DNA of 64,000 nucleotides from contig JABWCR010000001.1 in NCBI GenBank assembly GCA_013359125.1, forward strand, positions 84,475-148,474, given 5' to 3'. Shown in pieces: positions 29,821 through 40,212 of this stretch. Made by a program: the position numbers and the translations under genes. The notes below the pieces were generated by a model that made no database searches, was not told the DNA's origin, and was given only the letters and a program-made list of their open reading frames with translations. This stretch comes from Armatimonadota bacterium (GTDB lineage: Bacteria > Armatimonadota > Fimbriimonadia > Fimbriimonadales > GBS-DC). Every line of letters starts with the position of its first letter. Within the stretch, counting starts at the first letter, position 1.

Positions 29821-30504
29821 TTAGGCGGGGGACAATCCCTTGGCGCGCTGCACGAATGTGCGAATCGCGCTTTCCAGCGCGTCGGCGCTTGTGCTGGGGG
29901 TAAATGCCTGGTCGTCGATGACCAGCGGCGCGCCAATGACGACCAAGGGCGCGCCAAGGCTAGGCAGCAGCGCGGCTTGGTCCAGCGTTAAACCGCCCAC
30001 CGCCTGGACTGGGATCGAGACGGCGCCGACCACGGATGCCAGTTCGTCCAGAGGCGATTTGCCGACTTTGGCGTGTCGCTCGTCATATCCGATGTGATGG
30101 ATGATGTAATCGGCGCCCAGCGCCTCCATTCTCTTGGCGGCAGCCGGCAGGTCCGGCTCTAGCATGATGTCGGCCATCACTTGCGTGCCATAGTCCCTCG
30201 CCGCGCGCACCGCGCCTCGCACGGTTTCATCGTGGGCCCGGGACATCACAACGGTCAGATCGGCGCCCGCCTTCGCCATCATTTCCGTTTCCAGGTAGCC
30301 GGCATCCATCGTTTTCAAATCGGCGACCACCTTGCGATCCGGAAAGGTCGCCTTGAGTTCTCTGACGCATCTTAATCCCTCCGCCAATATCAAAGGCGTT
30401 CCGGCCTCCAGCCAGTCAACCCCTGCCATGACGGCGATTTCTGCGGTTTTGATCGCTTCGTATAGGTCGGTCAGGTCGAGCGAGATTTGAACGATTACGC
30501 TCAT
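29821..30504 (-). CDS. orotidine 5'-phosphate decarboxylase/HUMPS family protein (3-hexulose-6-phosphate synthase-like)
   Basis: QISLDL...A...G.DW.E.GTPL...G...V..L...FP......DLKTMD. Confidence 0.7.
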   Translation of the reverse strand: MSVIVQISLDLTDLYEAIKTAEIAVMAGVDWLEAGTPLILAEGLRCVRELKATFPDRKVVADLKTMDAGYLETEMMAKAGADLTVVMSRAHDETVRGAVRAARDYGTQVMADIMLEPDLPAAAKRMEALGADYIIHHIGYDERHAKVGKSPLDELASVVGAVSIPVQAVGGLTLDQAALLPSLGAPLVVIGAPLVIDDQAFTPSTSADALESAIRTFVQRAKGLSPA

Positions 30505-32234
30505 TGTCCGATCGATTTGAGGAAGGCGTCGATCGGTTGGCCTTCGCGCGCTTGACCGATGCCGAATCGCTTGACCTTCTCGGCGACGATCTTGGCGTAT
30601 TTCTCTTTGTCGTCCGAGAGCCTTAGTTGCGCGTAGTCGATCGACAGGCGGAGCTTCTGAACTCTACTCAGCACGGCGGGCTTATCCTTGACGGCTTCTT
30701 CGGCTTGATCGAATAGCCTTTCGGCCTTGGCCAGCGAATCTTCGTTCAGATAGCCTAGCGTCTTGGGGTCGTCGAAAATTTTGAAGTGAATGTTATTCTG
30801 CTTCACGGTTTCGTGCATCGATTTGTAGTAAGCGAGAATGGGGGGCGCGGCATCTTCGTACACGGCGTTGACGAACTCCTCGACCAATGGCCAAACATCC
30901 AGTTTGGCGTTCCACAGAATCTTGGCTTGAAACCAGGCTTTCAACTCGGACGATTCGCCGCCTCCGCCCGGTCCGTAGGCGCCCTGATAGAAGAGTCCCT
31001 TCACCCCGTTCGCTTTGTAAGCGCGGTTGGAGCCTTGGAGCTCGTCGAAGTCGGGGAACGGGATGAAGTAGTGGGCGAAGTTGGTGTTATAGTGCCAGAT
31101 GTAGAGGTTGTCGGTAATTTTGGCCCATGCTTGAAGATTGGCAAACGGCTCTTTGTTGACGGGGCACTGGTCGATTGGGTGGCCGAAGCAGTTGCCGATG
31201 GGCGCCATGCGCACACGGACGTTCGGGTGCGGCCGAGCGAGTTTGGGCGTCTTCTCCGTCCATTGATAGGCCAACGTTTCGATGAGCTTGTCGGGGTGGT
31301 CTTGCGCTATGGCCGCGGCCACCTCGTTCACAAATCGCAAGACGAGCCCGCTCGGGGCGCCTTCTTCTTCGTAGACTAGGCGGCACTGTTCGCACTGGCA
31401 TTGGCCGTACCAGTCGTTTTGAGAGACGCTGAAGATGCGCGCTTCGGGCTTTTCGGCGATCCATTGTCGCACCTTGTCGACCGTCAGCTTCATCACGTCG
31501 GTGTTGGTGAGACAAAGTTGGGCGCCTTCGTGCTTTCGCTTGCCGTCGATTTCGGAATAGTATTCGGGATGCTCCTCGAAGTATTGCGCCGGCGGAAGGA
31601 TCTCGTAGAAGCTATGGACAAAGGGCTGGAATCCGATCTTGCCGCCCTCGCGCTCGCCCAATCGCATAAAGTTGCCGTTGCATCGGTTGCGCGCCGCCCA
31701 GTCGGTGTCCCAGGCTTCGGTCCAAAACGGCTCGCGGTATTCGAACGAGGGAATGACGGTTTCGTTGAGCTCGCCGATCTCGATGCGGTCGCGCTTGGGG
31801 ATTTTGCCGACTTCGGACGTGTACCAGCGGCAGCCTAGGTGGTCTTCCAACAGGCCGTAAACGCCGTAGAGCACGCCTCGCGGACGGCCGCCATAGACGA
31901 TGAGCGACTGGCCATGAGTGAAGAGCGCGTAGCCTTCCATGCCTAGAGCGGCCTCGGGCCGGAGGGGAGATTGGGCGATGACCGGGTTGGTTTGCGCGTT
32001 GCCCAGTAGGATGGCTTTGCTCGGTGTTTGGCCGGGCGGCGCGATGGGGAGTTCGGCTCCGGAGATTTCTTTGACGTAACGCTGCAGTTCTTCGGCGGCT
32101 CGCCGTTCTGCGGGCGTTGGGTCTGTAGGCAGGACGATCGAGTAGTCGCTCTTGCCGTTATCGGCCAGCACGAGGCGTTGCTGGTCGGCCAAGGTTGACA
32201 GCGTCAAAATCGATAGGAGCATTGCCGCGATCAC
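30501..32234 (-). CDS. DUF4838-like putative glycoside hydrolase
   Basis: Signal peptide. LVLADNGKSDYSIVLP..PT.AERRAAEELQRYV.EISGA.LP and GVLYGVYGLLEDHLGCRWY are typical of this family as I recall it. Confidence 0.55.
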   Translation of the reverse strand: MIAAMLLSILTLSTLADQQRLVLADNGKSDYSIVLPTDPTPAERRAAEELQRYVKEISGAELPIAPPGQTPSKAILLGNAQTNPVIAQSPLRPEAALGMEGYALFTHGQSLIVYGGRPRGVLYGVYGLLEDHLGCRWYTSEVGKIPKRDRIEIGELNETVIPSFEYREPFWTEAWDTDWAARNRCNGNFMRLGEREGGKIGFQPFVHSFYEILPPAQYFEEHPEYYSEIDGKRKHEGAQLCLTNTDVMKLTVDKVRQWIAEKPEARIFSVSQNDWYGQCQCEQCRLVYEEEGAPSGLVLRFVNEVAAAIAQDHPDKLIETLAYQWTEKTPKLARPHPNVRVRMAPIGNCFGHPIDQCPVNKEPFANLQAWAKITDNLYIWHYNTNFAHYFIPFPDFDELQGSNRAYKANGVKGLFYQGAYGPGGGGESSELKAWFQAKILWNAKLDVWPLVEEFVNAVYEDAAPPILAYYKSMHETVKQNNIHFKIFDDPKTLGYLNEDSLAKAERLFDQAEEAVKDKPAVLSRVQKLRLSIDYAQLRLSDDKEKYAKIVAEKVKRFGIGQAREGQPIDAFLKSIGQ

Positions 32235-32289
32235 AGTTTTTGCGATTCGGCGGACGGGGTTAGATTCCTGTCAATCGTACGCCGCAAGG

Positions 32290-32312
32290 GCCAGGCGGGA
32301 GCCTGGCGTTCC
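32290..32312. repeat. hairpin repeat module A copy (gccaggcgggagcctggcgttcc)
   Basis: Perfect 7-bp stem with loop GGGA on the plus strand. Lies between the clpX stop and the next gene's start. Confidence 0.75.
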
Positions 32313-32325
32313 AAGCGGTTCTCTC

Positions 32326-33573
<1,248 letters not shown>

Positions 33574-33703
33574 TGGATGTTCCTCCTTTGTGGTCGCCGG
33601 GTATGTTTCGGCATCGGCGCGTTGCGAAGGGCAAGGAGCGCGGCTCCGACGCTGACGGCTTGCAAAGGTCCTATTTTATATTACGGGCGTTTGGGCGAAA
33701 AGA

Positions 33704-34309
33704 TCACCGTTCGCCCGGAATCAGCACCTTGTCGATTATTCCATACTCCAGCGACTCGTTCGAGGACATGAAGTAGTCGCGCGCCGTATCCTGTTCGATC
33801 TTGCTCAAGGTGGCGCCGGTATGGTGGACGAGGATTCCGTTGAGCACGTCCTTGTAGCGCAAAACTTCCTTGGCCTGAATCTCGATATCGAGCGCGGTGC
33901 CTTGGAATCCGGCGTGCACTTGGTGGATCATGATTCGAGCGTTGGGCAGGGCGTAGCGCTTGCCTTTTGCGCCGCCCGTTAGCAGGATCGCGCCCATGCT
34001 GGCGGCCTGGCCGACGCAAATAGTCGCCACGTCCGGGGCGATCATCTGCATGGTGTCATAAATCGCCAGCCCGGCCGAGACGACGCCGCCCGGCGAGTTG
34101 ATGTACATGTCGATGTCTTTGTCCTTGTCCTCTTTCTCTAAAAAGAGCAGCATGGCGATGACCAGATTGGCGATATGGTCGTCGATCGGTTCGCCAATGA
34201 AGATGATACGGTCCTTAAGAAGGCGGGAATAGATGTCGTAAGAGCGCTCGCCCCTCGACGTTTGCTCGACCACGATCGGAACGAGCGTGTTGCGTTCGTT
34301 AAGCCCCAT
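33704..34309 (-). CDS. clpP: ATP-dependent Clp protease proteolytic subunit ClpP
   Basis: [14 protein letters not shown], active-site GQAASMG, IMIHQ. Confidence 0.97.
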   Translation of the reverse strand: MGLNERNTLVPIVVEQTSRGERSYDIYSRLLKDRIIFIGEPIDDHIANLVIAMLLFLEKEDKDKDIDMYINSPGGVVSAGLAIYDTMQMIAPDVATICVGQAASMGAILLTGGAKGKRYALPNARIMIHQVHAGFQGTALDIEIQAKEVLRYKDVLNGILVHHTGATLSKIEQDTARDYFMSSNESLEYGIIDKVLIPGER

Positions 34310-35603
34310 CGCTTTGCGTACCTCCCTCAGTTTCGGCGATCTCGGCAGAATCGAGCAGGAATCGAGCGACCTTGCGCATCAAGATGTCGGACCGCACTCG
34401 CTTTCTGACCTCTGGTTCTCGCTTCAACTTCTTGATTTCGGCGTCTGCCAGCCCTTCGCGCTGTGCCAATATTTGAATTTCGGCATCTAATTCGGCCTCC
34501 GTTACCCCGATTTTCTCCTGACGGGCGATTTCGACCATCACGAAGGTGTTCTCCAATCGCCTTTGGGCATCGGTGCGGATTTCGGCTTCTAGTTGCGCCT
34601 GCTCCAGTCCGTTGGCGGCCAGATAGTCGGCGATCGTAAAACCGCGCTCTTGGAGGTCGCGCTCGAAGTTCTCCAACTGGGCTTTGGCTTCGTCGGCGAT
34701 CAGCGTGCTGGGCAAGCTGACGGAAGCGTTGTTCCGCGCTTGCTGAATCAGTTCGTTTTCAACTCTTCGGGCTTCCATCCGCTCCTTCTCTCCCACGATG
34801 GCGGCGGCGACCTTGTCCTTAAGGGCCTCGACGCTTTCGGCGTTCAGCTTCTTGGCCATTTCTTCGTCGATCTCGGGCACGACGGGGGCGTAAAGTTCCT
34901 GGATTTCGATCTCGACCTCGGCCATCTTGCCGGCCAGCCCTTCGTGCTGAAACTCCTCGGGAAAATTGAGGGTGGCGGTCTTGGGCTCATTGGGCTTCAA
35001 TCCAGAGATCGCCTGATCCATCTCGCCAAACGTGCTGCCGACGACGATCATGAAGCGCGCGGGTTTGGCATCTTCGCCTTCCTTGGGCGTTATCTGCACA
35101 ACGGCCTGGTCGCCCGCCTGTGCGCCCCGATCGGAGACCGGATCGTGGGTGGTGAACTGGCGTTGAATGTCCTGAAGGCCGTGCTCAACCTCTTCGGCGC
35201 TGGCCGCTACCAGATTGCGCTGGGCTTTGAGCCCTTTGTACTCGCCCAATTCGACCCGCGGAGGCAAGGGTATGGTGGCGGTGAACTTGAAAGGCTCGTT
35301 CGCCTCGATCTTCTCGCCCACATCGAATCGGGGCATCTCGTACTCATCGATCCCGTGCTCTTTGATGGCTTGAGTGGTGGCGTCGATGATCAGCATTTGG
35401 GCGGCTTCTTGCTTCACCTCGGAGTCGCTGACGAACGGCTTGACCAAGTGGTCGGGCGCGGCGCCGGGCCGAAAACCGGGAATGCGGATGCGCTTGGCGA
35501 CCTTTCGGAAGGAACGCTTGAAGGCTTCCGAGACGGTTTCCGGCTCGACTTCGATGTCGAATTTTATGGTGCAGGGATCGAGTTCTTCTTTGGTAACTTG
35601 CAT
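34299..35603 (-). CDS. tig: trigger factor
   Basis: IPGFRPG motif and the conserved tig-clpP-clpX gene order. Confidence 0.93.
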   Translation of the reverse strand: MQVTKEELDPCTIKFDIEVEPETVSEAFKRSFRKVAKRIRIPGFRPGAAPDHLVKPFVSDSEVKQEAAQMLIIDATTQAIKEHGIDEYEMPRFDVGEKIEANEPFKFTATIPLPPRVELGEYKGLKAQRNLVAASAEEVEHGLQDIQRQFTTHDPVSDRGAQAGDQAVVQITPKEGEDAKPARFMIVVGSTFGEMDQAISGLKPNEPKTATLNFPEEFQHEGLAGKMAEVEIEIQELYAPVVPEIDEEMAKKLNAESVEALKDKVAAAIVGEKERMEARRVENELIQQARNNASVSLPSTLIADEAKAQLENFERDLQERGFTIADYLAANGLEQAQLEAEIRTDAQRRLENTFVMVEIARQEKIGVTEAELDAEIQILAQREGLADAEIKKLKREPEVRKRVRSDILMRKVARFLLDSAEIAETEGGTQSDGA

Positions 35604-35654
35604 CGATGCCTCTTGGGTTGGGATGTTTGCCGCGCTCTTGTCGGGCGGGCAGGG

Positions 35655-35660
35655 ATTATA
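35655..35660 (-). promoter_or_regulatory. -10 box TATAAT (minus strand) upstream of tig
   Basis: The minus strand reads gaaggTATAATccc about 50 nt upstream of the tig ATG, with SD aagagg. Confidence 0.35.
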
Positions 35661-35670
35661 CCTTCTGGTC

Positions 35671-35735
35671 GTTTGCCGGGCATCGATTCGTACTCAAAAT
35701 TGTGCTACATTTCGAAAAAATCCCGTTCGGCAAAC
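35671..35735. repeat. 65-bp module C element bounded by 8-bp terminal inverted repeats (MITE-like)
   Basis: GTTTGCCG ggcatcgattcgtactcaaaattgtgctacatttcgaaaaaatcccgtt CGGCAAAC. A degenerate module B copy lies nearby at 35907..35930. Confidence 0.7.
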
Positions 35736-36057
35736 GAGCCGGTCAAAGTCCCAGGACAAAAAAACGCCCTTAGGGCTTTTGGGCTAGGAACTCGGGGCGG
35801 AGCTTTGGCGGCCTCTTTCAACATCTCGGCGACCGCCTCCACATTGATACAGCCGGATGCGGAGGTATAGGAAAAACGGCGGGTGTGGCGGCTTTGCCGT
35901 CGCGCGCCTCGCGGGGACGCTCGGCCTCCCGGAGTTCGGCGGCATTGCGACGCTCGCCGTCATAGTACCGCCGGCGTCCCCGCCGGCCCCTTCGAGCGCC
36001 AAGGATGCCAATAGCCCAAAGCCCCCCCAACAATCCCAGGAAGATTAACAGCATTCG

Positions 36058-36066
36058 TGGTATAAC
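36058..36066 (+). promoter_or_regulatory. extended -10 TGgTATAAC placed 5 nt before ATG 36072 (leaderless geometry)
   Basis: Sequence is cgTGgTATAACcctctATGATG. Confidence 0.45.
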
Positions 36067-36071
36067 CCTCT

Positions 36072-36980
36072 ATGATGAACTCGCTGACCGAGCGCGAGCG
36101 AGGAAACGTCTTCTTGGCCGCCCTCCAGGCGCTTCGCCCCCATCAATGGATCAAGAACGGCCTGCTCTTTGCAGGCGTGCTCTTTGCCGGCAAGTTCCGC
36201 GATCCCGAGGCGCTGCTGCAGGCGTCGCTCGCTTTTCTCGCCTTTTGCGCGGTCTCGGGCGGCGTCTATGTGTTCAACGACATCCTCGATTGGAAGCGCG
36301 ACCGCGAGCATCCCGTCAAGCGCAATCGCCCAATCGCCTCGGGCCGTTTGCCTCTGCCCGGCGCCTGGGTCTTGCTATTGGTCGCATGGATCGGCGGCTT
36401 TCTTGGCCTGACCGCGCTCGATCCGTCGCTCCGACTTCTGGGCATTGGGGCGGCCTATGCGACCCTCACCGTCTCCTATTCGCTGGGGCTTAAGAACATT
36501 GCCGCTTTGGACGTTATCTTGATCGCGTTAGGGTTTGTGCTAAGGGCGGCGGCGGGCGCGGTCGCGGTCGATACGGCCATTTCGCCCTGGTTGATCGTCT
36601 GCACCTTCCTGCTCGCTCTCTTCTTGGGTTTTGGCAAGCGGCGGCACGAGCTGCTTCTGTTAGGCGAGGACGGCGCCAAGCATCGTCAATCGCTGGACGA
36701 GTACAACAAAGAGATGTTGGACCATCTGCTGACCATCACGGTGGCGGCAACTATCCAGTCGTATGCCATCTACACCATCCTATCGGATACGGCCAAGCAT
36801 CACGACGGCCTCTGGTATACTTTGCCGTTCGTGGTGTATGGGCTTTTCCGCTATTTGCAGCTCATCCACCGGCAGGACGAAGGGGGCAGTCCCGAGCGGA
36901 TCATCTTGGGGGATCGCAGGCTCGTTGTCTGTATCCTGCTGTGGACTCTGTCGGTCGTTGTGGTGATGTTCCGACAATAG
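36072..36980 (+). CDS. UbiA-family prenyltransferase, decaprenyl-phosphate phosphoribosyltransferase-like
   Basis: LRPHQWIKNGLLFAG.LFA and the Asp-rich motif YVFNDILDWKRDREHP. About 9 TM segments. Resembles the Rv3806c-type family. Confidence 0.8.
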   Translation: MMNSLTERERGNVFLAALQALRPHQWIKNGLLFAGVLFAGKFRDPEALLQASLAFLAFCAVSGGVYVFNDILDWKRDREHPVKRNRPIASGRLPLPGAWVLLLVAWIGGFLGLTALDPSLRLLGIGAAYATLTVSYSLGLKNIAALDVILIALGFVLRAAAGAVAVDTAISPWLIVCTFLLALFLGFGKRRHELLLLGEDGAKHRQSLDEYNKEMLDHLLTITVAATIQSYAIYTILSDTAKHHDGLWYTLPFVVYGLFRYLQLIHRQDEGGSPERIILGDRRLVVCILLWTLSVVVVMFRQ

Positions 36981-36987
36981 AAATCGA

Positions 36988-37557
36988 ATGGAAACGGAGC
37001 GATTGGCGGATCGAGCCCCCGGGCGAAGGCCGATGAATCTGTTGCGCAACCGGGCCGAGAGTCTCCCTCTTTCTGCGCGGCAGTTTGTCAAGTTCTGCAT
37101 CGTCGGCGGTATGAACACGGCGCTGGACTGGACGCTGACCTACCTGCTCTTTTATCATTCCGGCTTCCCCCAGCTGGTCGTTCAACAGGTCGCGCATCTG
37201 CTGGGCAGCGTCAACCCGTCCGATGCGGCCCTCTTTGTCAGCAAGTGCATCGCCACCTCTGTCGCTGTCTGTAATTCGTTCTTCTGGAACCGTCGTTGGA
37301 CTTTTCGCGTAACGGGAAGGGACGGCAGGCGCCGACAATTTATTAGGTTCGCCGCTGTCAACCTCACGGGTCTGGCGCTCAACTCGATTATCGCGACCAC
37401 CGTCGTAGCCGTGCTGCGAGGCGCCTTAGGCTTTGAAGGGGATCCGCCGAAACTGGTCTTTATGTATGGGCTGGCCACGGCGACCGGCATCGTGCTGTTT
37501 TGGAACTTTTTGGCGAACCGCTACTGGACTTTTCGTGTTAAAGATAACGGAGGATAG
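36988..37557 (+). CDS. GtrA family membrane protein
   Basis: FVKFCIVGGMNTALDW at the N-terminus, FFWNRRWTF and FLANRYWTF motifs. The alternative start ATG 37033 is equally possible. Confidence 0.8.
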   Translation: METERLADRAPGRRPMNLLRNRAESLPLSARQFVKFCIVGGMNTALDWTLTYLLFYHSGFPQLVVQQVAHLLGSVNPSDAALFVSKCIATSVAVCNSFFWNRRWTFRVTGRDGRRRQFIRFAAVNLTGLALNSIIATTVVAVLRGALGFEGDPPKLVFMYGLATATGIVLFWNFLANRYWTFRVKDNGG

Positions 37558-37560
37558 CCC

Positions 37561-38616
37561 TTGGTCGCTCCCTTTATAGACGAAGTTAAAAGACTGCCCA
37601 AGCCGCAAATATGGATGGTCGGCGCCATCGCGCTCGCCATCGGCATGCTCATCTACTCGTACTACGTCATCATCGATCTCTACTACATCCCACGATGGGG
37701 GCATGAGGACGGTTACTACTCTCACGCCTATCTGGTGCCAATCTTGGCTGTCGCCATTCTGTGGATGCGTAGAGACCGGCTGAAAGAACTCGGCGCCGAT
37801 ATGACGATTTACAGCCTTTTTGCGGGCATCGTTGCGTTTGTGATCGCCTTTGCGCTGATCCACGCAAGGGAATACCAGTCTCTCGGCTCGCCCAACTACA
37901 AGCCGGAATTCTACGAGACCTATGGCGTGCCTTTGTTGCTGGCGGTCTGTACGGCGATGCTGACGCTGCTCTACGTGGAGAAGCCCAAACCGAACTACTG
38001 GGGTCTGGGCATACTGGCGCTGGCTGTGGCGGCCCGAGCGGTCGGGCATTGGGGCAACTCCTTCTGGACGCCCAGCATGGCTTTGCCTCTCTTCATCATT
38101 GGAGCCATGATGCTGCTTTATGGGTGGCAGATCACCAAGGTGCTGATGTTTCCGATCCTGTTCCTCTACTTCATGGTTCCGTTGCCGTCTTGGATTTTTG
38201 ACGAGGTAACGCATCCGATCCAAGTCTGGTCGACAGACGCCTCGGTTACCATTCTCAAGTTCTTCTATTCGGTAACTCGCACGGGCGAGATCAAATTTCT
38301 AATGCCCAGCATGTACGAACTGGGCGTCGGGGTGGAGTGCAGCGGCTTTAAGATGACTATCTCGCTGCTCACCTTCATCTTCTTCTTTATGGTCTTTGTC
38401 GATCTGCCCGCATGGAAGAAGGCGATCATGGTAGCAGTCGTTTTGCCCATCGCGGTGCTGACCAATGCGCTTCGTATTTGTAGCGTGGCGGTCGCCGGGC
38501 ATCACTTTGGCGCCGATGTCGGCAATACCGTGCACGACTGGAGCGGCTATCCGTTGCTGTTCGTCGCGTTCATGTTCATTTTTGCTTTGGCAAGGTGGTT
38601 AGGATGGAAAAGATAG
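37561..38616 (+). CDS. exosortase family protein
   Basis: TTG start with SD ggagga 6 nt upstream. Polytopic membrane protein. Catalytic-type Cys in GVECSGFKM, Arg in TNALRI, His in AGHHFG. Confidence 0.85.
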   Translation: MVAPFIDEVKRLPKPQIWMVGAIALAIGMLIYSYYVIIDLYYIPRWGHEDGYYSHAYLVPILAVAILWMRRDRLKELGADMTIYSLFAGIVAFVIAFALIHAREYQSLGSPNYKPEFYETYGVPLLLAVCTAMLTLLYVEKPKPNYWGLGILALAVAARAVGHWGNSFWTPSMALPLFIIGAMMLLYGWQITKVLMFPILFLYFMVPLPSWIFDEVTHPIQVWSTDASVTILKFFYSVTRTGEIKFLMPSMYELGVGVECSGFKMTISLLTFIFFFMVFVDLPAWKKAIMVAVVLPIAVLTNALRICSVAVAGHHFGADVGNTVHDWSGYPLLFVAFMFIFALARWLGWKR

Positions 38617-39407
38617 AACGACCGGACGAGATCGAGGCCGAAGCCCCTGTAAACGGCGCTTTGGGCGAAGCAAAGGCCGAATGGGAGCAGGAGGGCGGCG
38701 CTCCTGAGGCTGAACCTATCGCAGAGCCAGTAACCTTGACAGGATCGACCGCGATGCAGAATCGCATGAAGCTGCCTATGGCGGTTCTCTTGGTTTTTGC
38801 CATCGGTATGGCGGTGGCAGTCAACGTGATCAAGCAGCCCGAGGGCGCCAAGGGCGAGCCGACCTTGCACAAACTCTCGCTCAACTTGGGCGACTGGGGC
38901 GGTCAGAAGTACGAGATGGACAAGGCTTCTTTGGACGAGTTGAAGCCGGACGAGTACGCGGCGATTCAGTATCGCGACAACGACGGCAACTCGGGCGATC
39001 TGACCATCATCGCCGGGTCGCACACGGGCGCCTTTCACAATCCCGAGGTCTGCTTTAGGGCGCAGCAGTGGGAGTTTACGGAGAACGCCGCCTCGTCTCT
39101 GGCCGTGCCGGGCATGGATCGCGAGATACCGATCAAGCGGGTCGGTCTCAATCACAGGATTACTGGACAGAAGGCGGTCGGCCTTTACTTCTACAAGACG
39201 CCTTATGGTCTTTTTGCCGATACGACGCCGGCCAGAATCTGGCTTTTCTTTGCGAGGGTATTAGGGGTTCAGCAAAAGTCCTACTTTGTCCGAGTGTTGG
39301 TGCTCTCCTCAGGCGGAAACAAGGAGAAGGACTTTGAAACGCTGGAGCAGTTTGCGATCGAGGTATTGGAATCAACCCGAGAAACCAATCCAGAACTGCT
39401 GAACTAA
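38595..39407 (+). CDS. EpsI family (exosortase-associated) protein
   Basis: Single TM (LPMAVLLVFAIGMAVAV) followed by a periplasmic domain with ...LGDW.G......L..L..D.Y....Y......V.L.I........HNPE.C.... The start is uncertain: GTG 38595, ATG 38604 or ATG 38754. Confidence 0.75.
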   Translation: MVRMEKIERPDEIEAEAPVNGALGEAKAEWEQEGGAPEAEPIAEPVTLTGSTAMQNRMKLPMAVLLVFAIGMAVAVNVIKQPEGAKGEPTLHKLSLNLGDWGGQKYEMDKASLDELKPDEYAAIQYRDNDGNSGDLTIIAGSHTGAFHNPEVCFRAQQWEFTENAASSLAVPGMDREIPIKRVGLNHRITGQKAVGLYFYKTPYGLFADTTPARIWLFFARVLGVQQKSYFVRVLVLSSGGNKEKDFETLEQFAIEVLESTRETNPELLN

Positions 39408-39421
39408 GCCGAGGCGCGTCG

Positions 39422-40207
39422 ATCCAGCCGATTCCAGGCAAGGCGCTGGGCCTTTTCGGCCCTTCTGGGTCTGGCAAGACGGCCCTGCTTGCCCAAATGT
39501 ACGCCAAGCACAAAGATGCCGGGGCGAGTCCGTCGTTGCTCTCACGGCAACCCAGAGCGTCCACCGTTCGCGCCTATCTTAAGCCCAAGGCCGATCCGCC
39601 TGCCAGGGCAATCTATTTGCTCGAACTGTTCGGGCTCTACAGCAAGGCCGACCGATCGATCGGCGAACTGAGCGAGGGCGAACTAGCTGCCCTGAAAGCC
39701 GCGTTTGCCTTGGCGCCCCGCTCCAAGCTCTATCTGCTCGATTGCTCGTTTGAACCGCTGGATTTTGAGCGTCGAAAGCGGCTCTGGTCGGAGATCGACG
39801 ACTTGGCGCGCAAGGGCGCCGCGATCGTGGTTTCGTCTCGCGATCCATCGATAGCGGGACGCTGCGACGAGGTCGCGATCATTGCCGGCGGACGCTCCAT
39901 CGCACAAAACGATCCGCGTCGGCTGTGCGAAGATGTCTCACCGACCGAGATCTTGATAGAAGCAGAGGATCCCGACGGCCTTGGCGACCTGCTGCCCAAT
40001 TCCGAGATCGAGCTCGTCTGGGACGAGTCGGGCTATCGCGCGCGCGTTCGCCAGGGCGATGCGGAGGCCATGAGTCTGCTCAGGGACGGTTACGGAAACG
40101 TCCGAACCGTTGTCGTTCGCCAGCCGAACCTCGCCGAGGCGTGGCAAACCCTTGCGATTAAGGCAGGGGTCTATGGCGAGGAGCGGCGTCCTCGCCCGAA
40201 AAAGTAA
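39422..40207 (+). CDS. degenerate ABC-2-type ATPase-like protein (no canonical start codon; catalytic Glu and switch His replaced)
   Basis: Walker A GPSGSGKT (39458..39481) lies upstream of the first ATG (39497). The frame is open from 39338 and holds no ATG, GTG or TTG before 39497. Signature LSEGE. Walker B LYLLDC (Cys in place of Glu). SSRD in place of the H-loop. DUF4162-like C-terminal domain. The 5' boundary is unresolved. Confidence 0.6.
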   Translation: MQPIPGKALGLFGPSGSGKTALLAQMYAKHKDAGASPSLLSRQPRASTVRAYLKPKADPPARAIYLLELFGLYSKADRSIGELSEGELAALKAAFALAPRSKLYLLDCSFEPLDFERRKRLWSEIDDLARKGAAIVVSSRDPSIAGRCDEVAIIAGGRSIAQNDPRRLCEDVSPTEILIEAEDPDGLGDLLPNSEIELVWDESGYRARVRQGDAEAMSLLRDGYGNVRTVVVRQPNLAEAWQTLAIKAGVYGEERRPRPKK

Positions 40208-40212
40208 GCGGG

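Noticed and set aside
35818-36054. A 78-aa ORF beginning with a TM-like segment and poly-Arg (MLLIFLGLLGGLWAIGILGARRGRRGRRR), divergent from the exosortase operon and superficially like a sorting-signal tail.
   Set aside because: The hydrophobic-plus-basic pattern is at the N-terminus, not the C-terminus. There is no PEP motif. The distal half is encoded by a module B repeat copy, and I saw no SD or promoter. It could be a real mini-protein, but that is unsupported.
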